From assembly GCA_002633005.1 (NCBI GenBank), contig NMRA01000469.1, forward strand, positions 235,573-299,572: 64,000 nt of DNA, written 5' to 3'. This DNA is from Phoronis australis (lineage: Eukaryota; Animalia; Phoronida). The notes below the pieces were generated by a model that was given only the letters and a program-made list of their open reading frames with translations, did not search any database and had not been told where the DNA came from. How positions within the stretch are numbered: position 1 is the first letter of the stretch; each line of letters opens with the position of its first letter. Below, one piece after another: positions 61,858-64,000 of this stretch. Made by a program: the position numbers and the translations under genes.

Positions 61858-64000
61858 GAGAATAACAAACATCAATTTTCGGGTGTTTTGTTTCTTATCC
61901 GATTTTAAGGCATTCACACCGCACTACGTTTTGGAAGCTCTCTCGCTGCTATATAGCTTACTTAGGTCATAGGACTAGAGTTGAATCAGGAAGCAAACGC
62001 AAAATTATAACTAACTTCTTTATCACTGTAGTTAGTAGTACTAGTTGCTGCAACAATCTTATTGTTGTTGTTCATCTATATCTTATCTTTAACGGATAAT
62101 CTAGGGCTGGACCTTTTCCGCGGGGGGATTTCGATTGGACCCCCGAACCTTCCCCCCCCCCGGCTACGGGCTTCAGTGACTTCAGATCGCCCGGTCGTTT
62201 ACAATTTCACACTTCCCTCCTTTTGTCCTTTTGAAATACTTCTTGGTGCACCAGTGCAAATAATCAAAGTAAAAAAAGGTATTTTTTGTCGTTTGAAGAG
62301 ACCCGCTGTGTTTAAATAACAGTGTGAAACGCATTGAGTTCTTTGAAAGACTCCCCGCTCGTAAGTGGGGACTATAAGTCGGGTGTTGGACACTCGACTC
62401 ACTGGTTGGTCTATACCAGATAAAACTGAAACATGCCGTTCTTTCCAATATCAAACAAATAAAAAACACAGACCTTAACATGAAAATTCAAAGAAATTTA
62501 ACAATTAATGTCTCTATAGACCACTTTAGTTGATTTCATTTGCTGTTATTGGAGAAAAATAATTCAGGACTATGTTATATAACACAAACGCACCTAGTTC
62601 GGTTTGATGAAAGCAAATTTTCTGAAGATTGCGCCACTGTCGCAGAAACACTGGAGATCTCCATGATGAAAATTCAGCACTTCCTTTCAGGCTCCTTGTA
62701 GCTTTGCGACTCAATACTGCGCGCTACTGCAATGGGTTAAATAGTAAAGCGCCACCTATATTGACCGTGGGCTGTTGGGTCACTTACAAGAAGAACATGC
62801 TGATAACATATGCAAACAACATCACCGTTCACATTGTGATGCAACACAGGCTCAACTTTGAGGACCGATTTTATGAGAGTAAAAGGCCTAATTTGATTTG
62901 TAGCCTGCAAAACAAGACGAAATGCAGCTTTAACGGACTGAGGCCAAGGTATCACGAATTTTTTTCGTGCCCGCAAGCATGCATGGAGCTGGCTTTGGAA
63001 AAAATAGTGCCCACAAGCGTGAAGTTGGCGAGGACACGAAATTTTTTTTTTTTTGATCCCGGTTGCCATGTTCGACGGAAGCCCTGAGTGTAAGAGCCGG
63101 TCGACTTGGCGCTCCCTCAAGGAACGTGAAATCCGTTGAAATTTCTCTGGGGTAGGCTGTTGGTCAGGGTACAGCATTTTTGGGCAGTGTTGGCAACGGT
63201 CCCGTCCGTTCAAGGAAATATAAACTTTACAGTGGCTACTAGGGGGTTGACCCAGATCGGTCAACATTCAACTTAATTCTTAAATTAATTTCTCTGCCTG
63301 TTACCAAGTACCATGGGATCACTATGCGTCCTAGGTGGTGGTTCTTATTAGGAACCAACCTATAAATACGTATTGGTATATAGTGAATTGTTAGACTTGC
63401 ATTAAACTAATTCAACGGTGAATTGTCTACTGTGCTCTTCCTGCAGCTACAACTGCTACTTTTTTGCATTATCCGTTAGAACATTTGTCCCAAATACCGG
63501 TCCAGTCTTGGCTGGCGAATTAGATGGAGTATAGAAATTGAATGTAATGTTTCTTACATAACGTTTTAATGAATTTGACCTATTTTTATTGTTACGTATT
63601 TGAGTTATTACAGAATGGCCTATGGTTCGAGGTGCTTATGCGAAAATGAATAACATGTTTTTAATTTTCATAACAGACGAATTTATTAATTAATTTTTTA
63701 ATTATAATTTTTTTAAATTGTGGTGTCGTTTATGTCAGATTTCTATCTTCCGATGGCGGGTTTCTTTTGCAACTACGAACTCGTCTCATTAGAATTAACC
63801 TTCTGAAGACTGCGATATACTGAGAAAAATCTTTTCCGTCAACTTTTGTTAATCCAAGTTAGTCTTTCATGAATGTATGAAATGCCCGTTTTAAAGTTCT
63901 CAGACTTTTTTCACTTGGGTTTCTCCAGTATAAGTCACGTATTTTCATACTTATTTTCAGCTTGAACTGGAAATTGAACTAATTATTCATATGAAGGTCC

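Noticed and set aside
62629-63267. Overlapping 152- and 176-aa ORFs
   Set aside because: No recognisable domain, no convincing splice framework, and one crosses a poly-T run; likely chance ORFs in CpG-richer DNA.

Overview
This is AT-rich eukaryotic genomic DNA with assembly gaps, spliced genes and many non-autonomous transposons. It looks like a marine invertebrate, possibly a deuterostome such as a hemichordate; that assignment is inference only. Two genes can be assembled by hand with GT-AG sites and consistent phases. (1) A minus-strand ABCG (White/ABCG14-like) half-transporter has 9 coding exons from 45660 to 629 (404 codons: complete nucleotide-binding domain plus first TM helix) and runs off the left edge. 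(2) Inside its 18.6-kb intron 19970-38600, on the opposite strand, is a complete 7-exon gene (21881-32592, 511 aa). It encodes a type I membrane protein: signal peptide, V-set Ig domain, two divergent 8-Cys SUEL/rhamnose-binding-lectin domains, Thr/Pro-rich stalk, TM helix and tyrosine-motif tail. This Ig+lectin candidate immune receptor is the main finding. The introns also hold Helentron-associated (HINE/DINE-1-like) elements whose ~150-bp internal repeats each carry a CTCF-consensus-like motif. There are also THAP/P-element relics, several MITE families, minisatellites, long inverted repeats and a likely haplotype-duplication artefact at 8674-10366.
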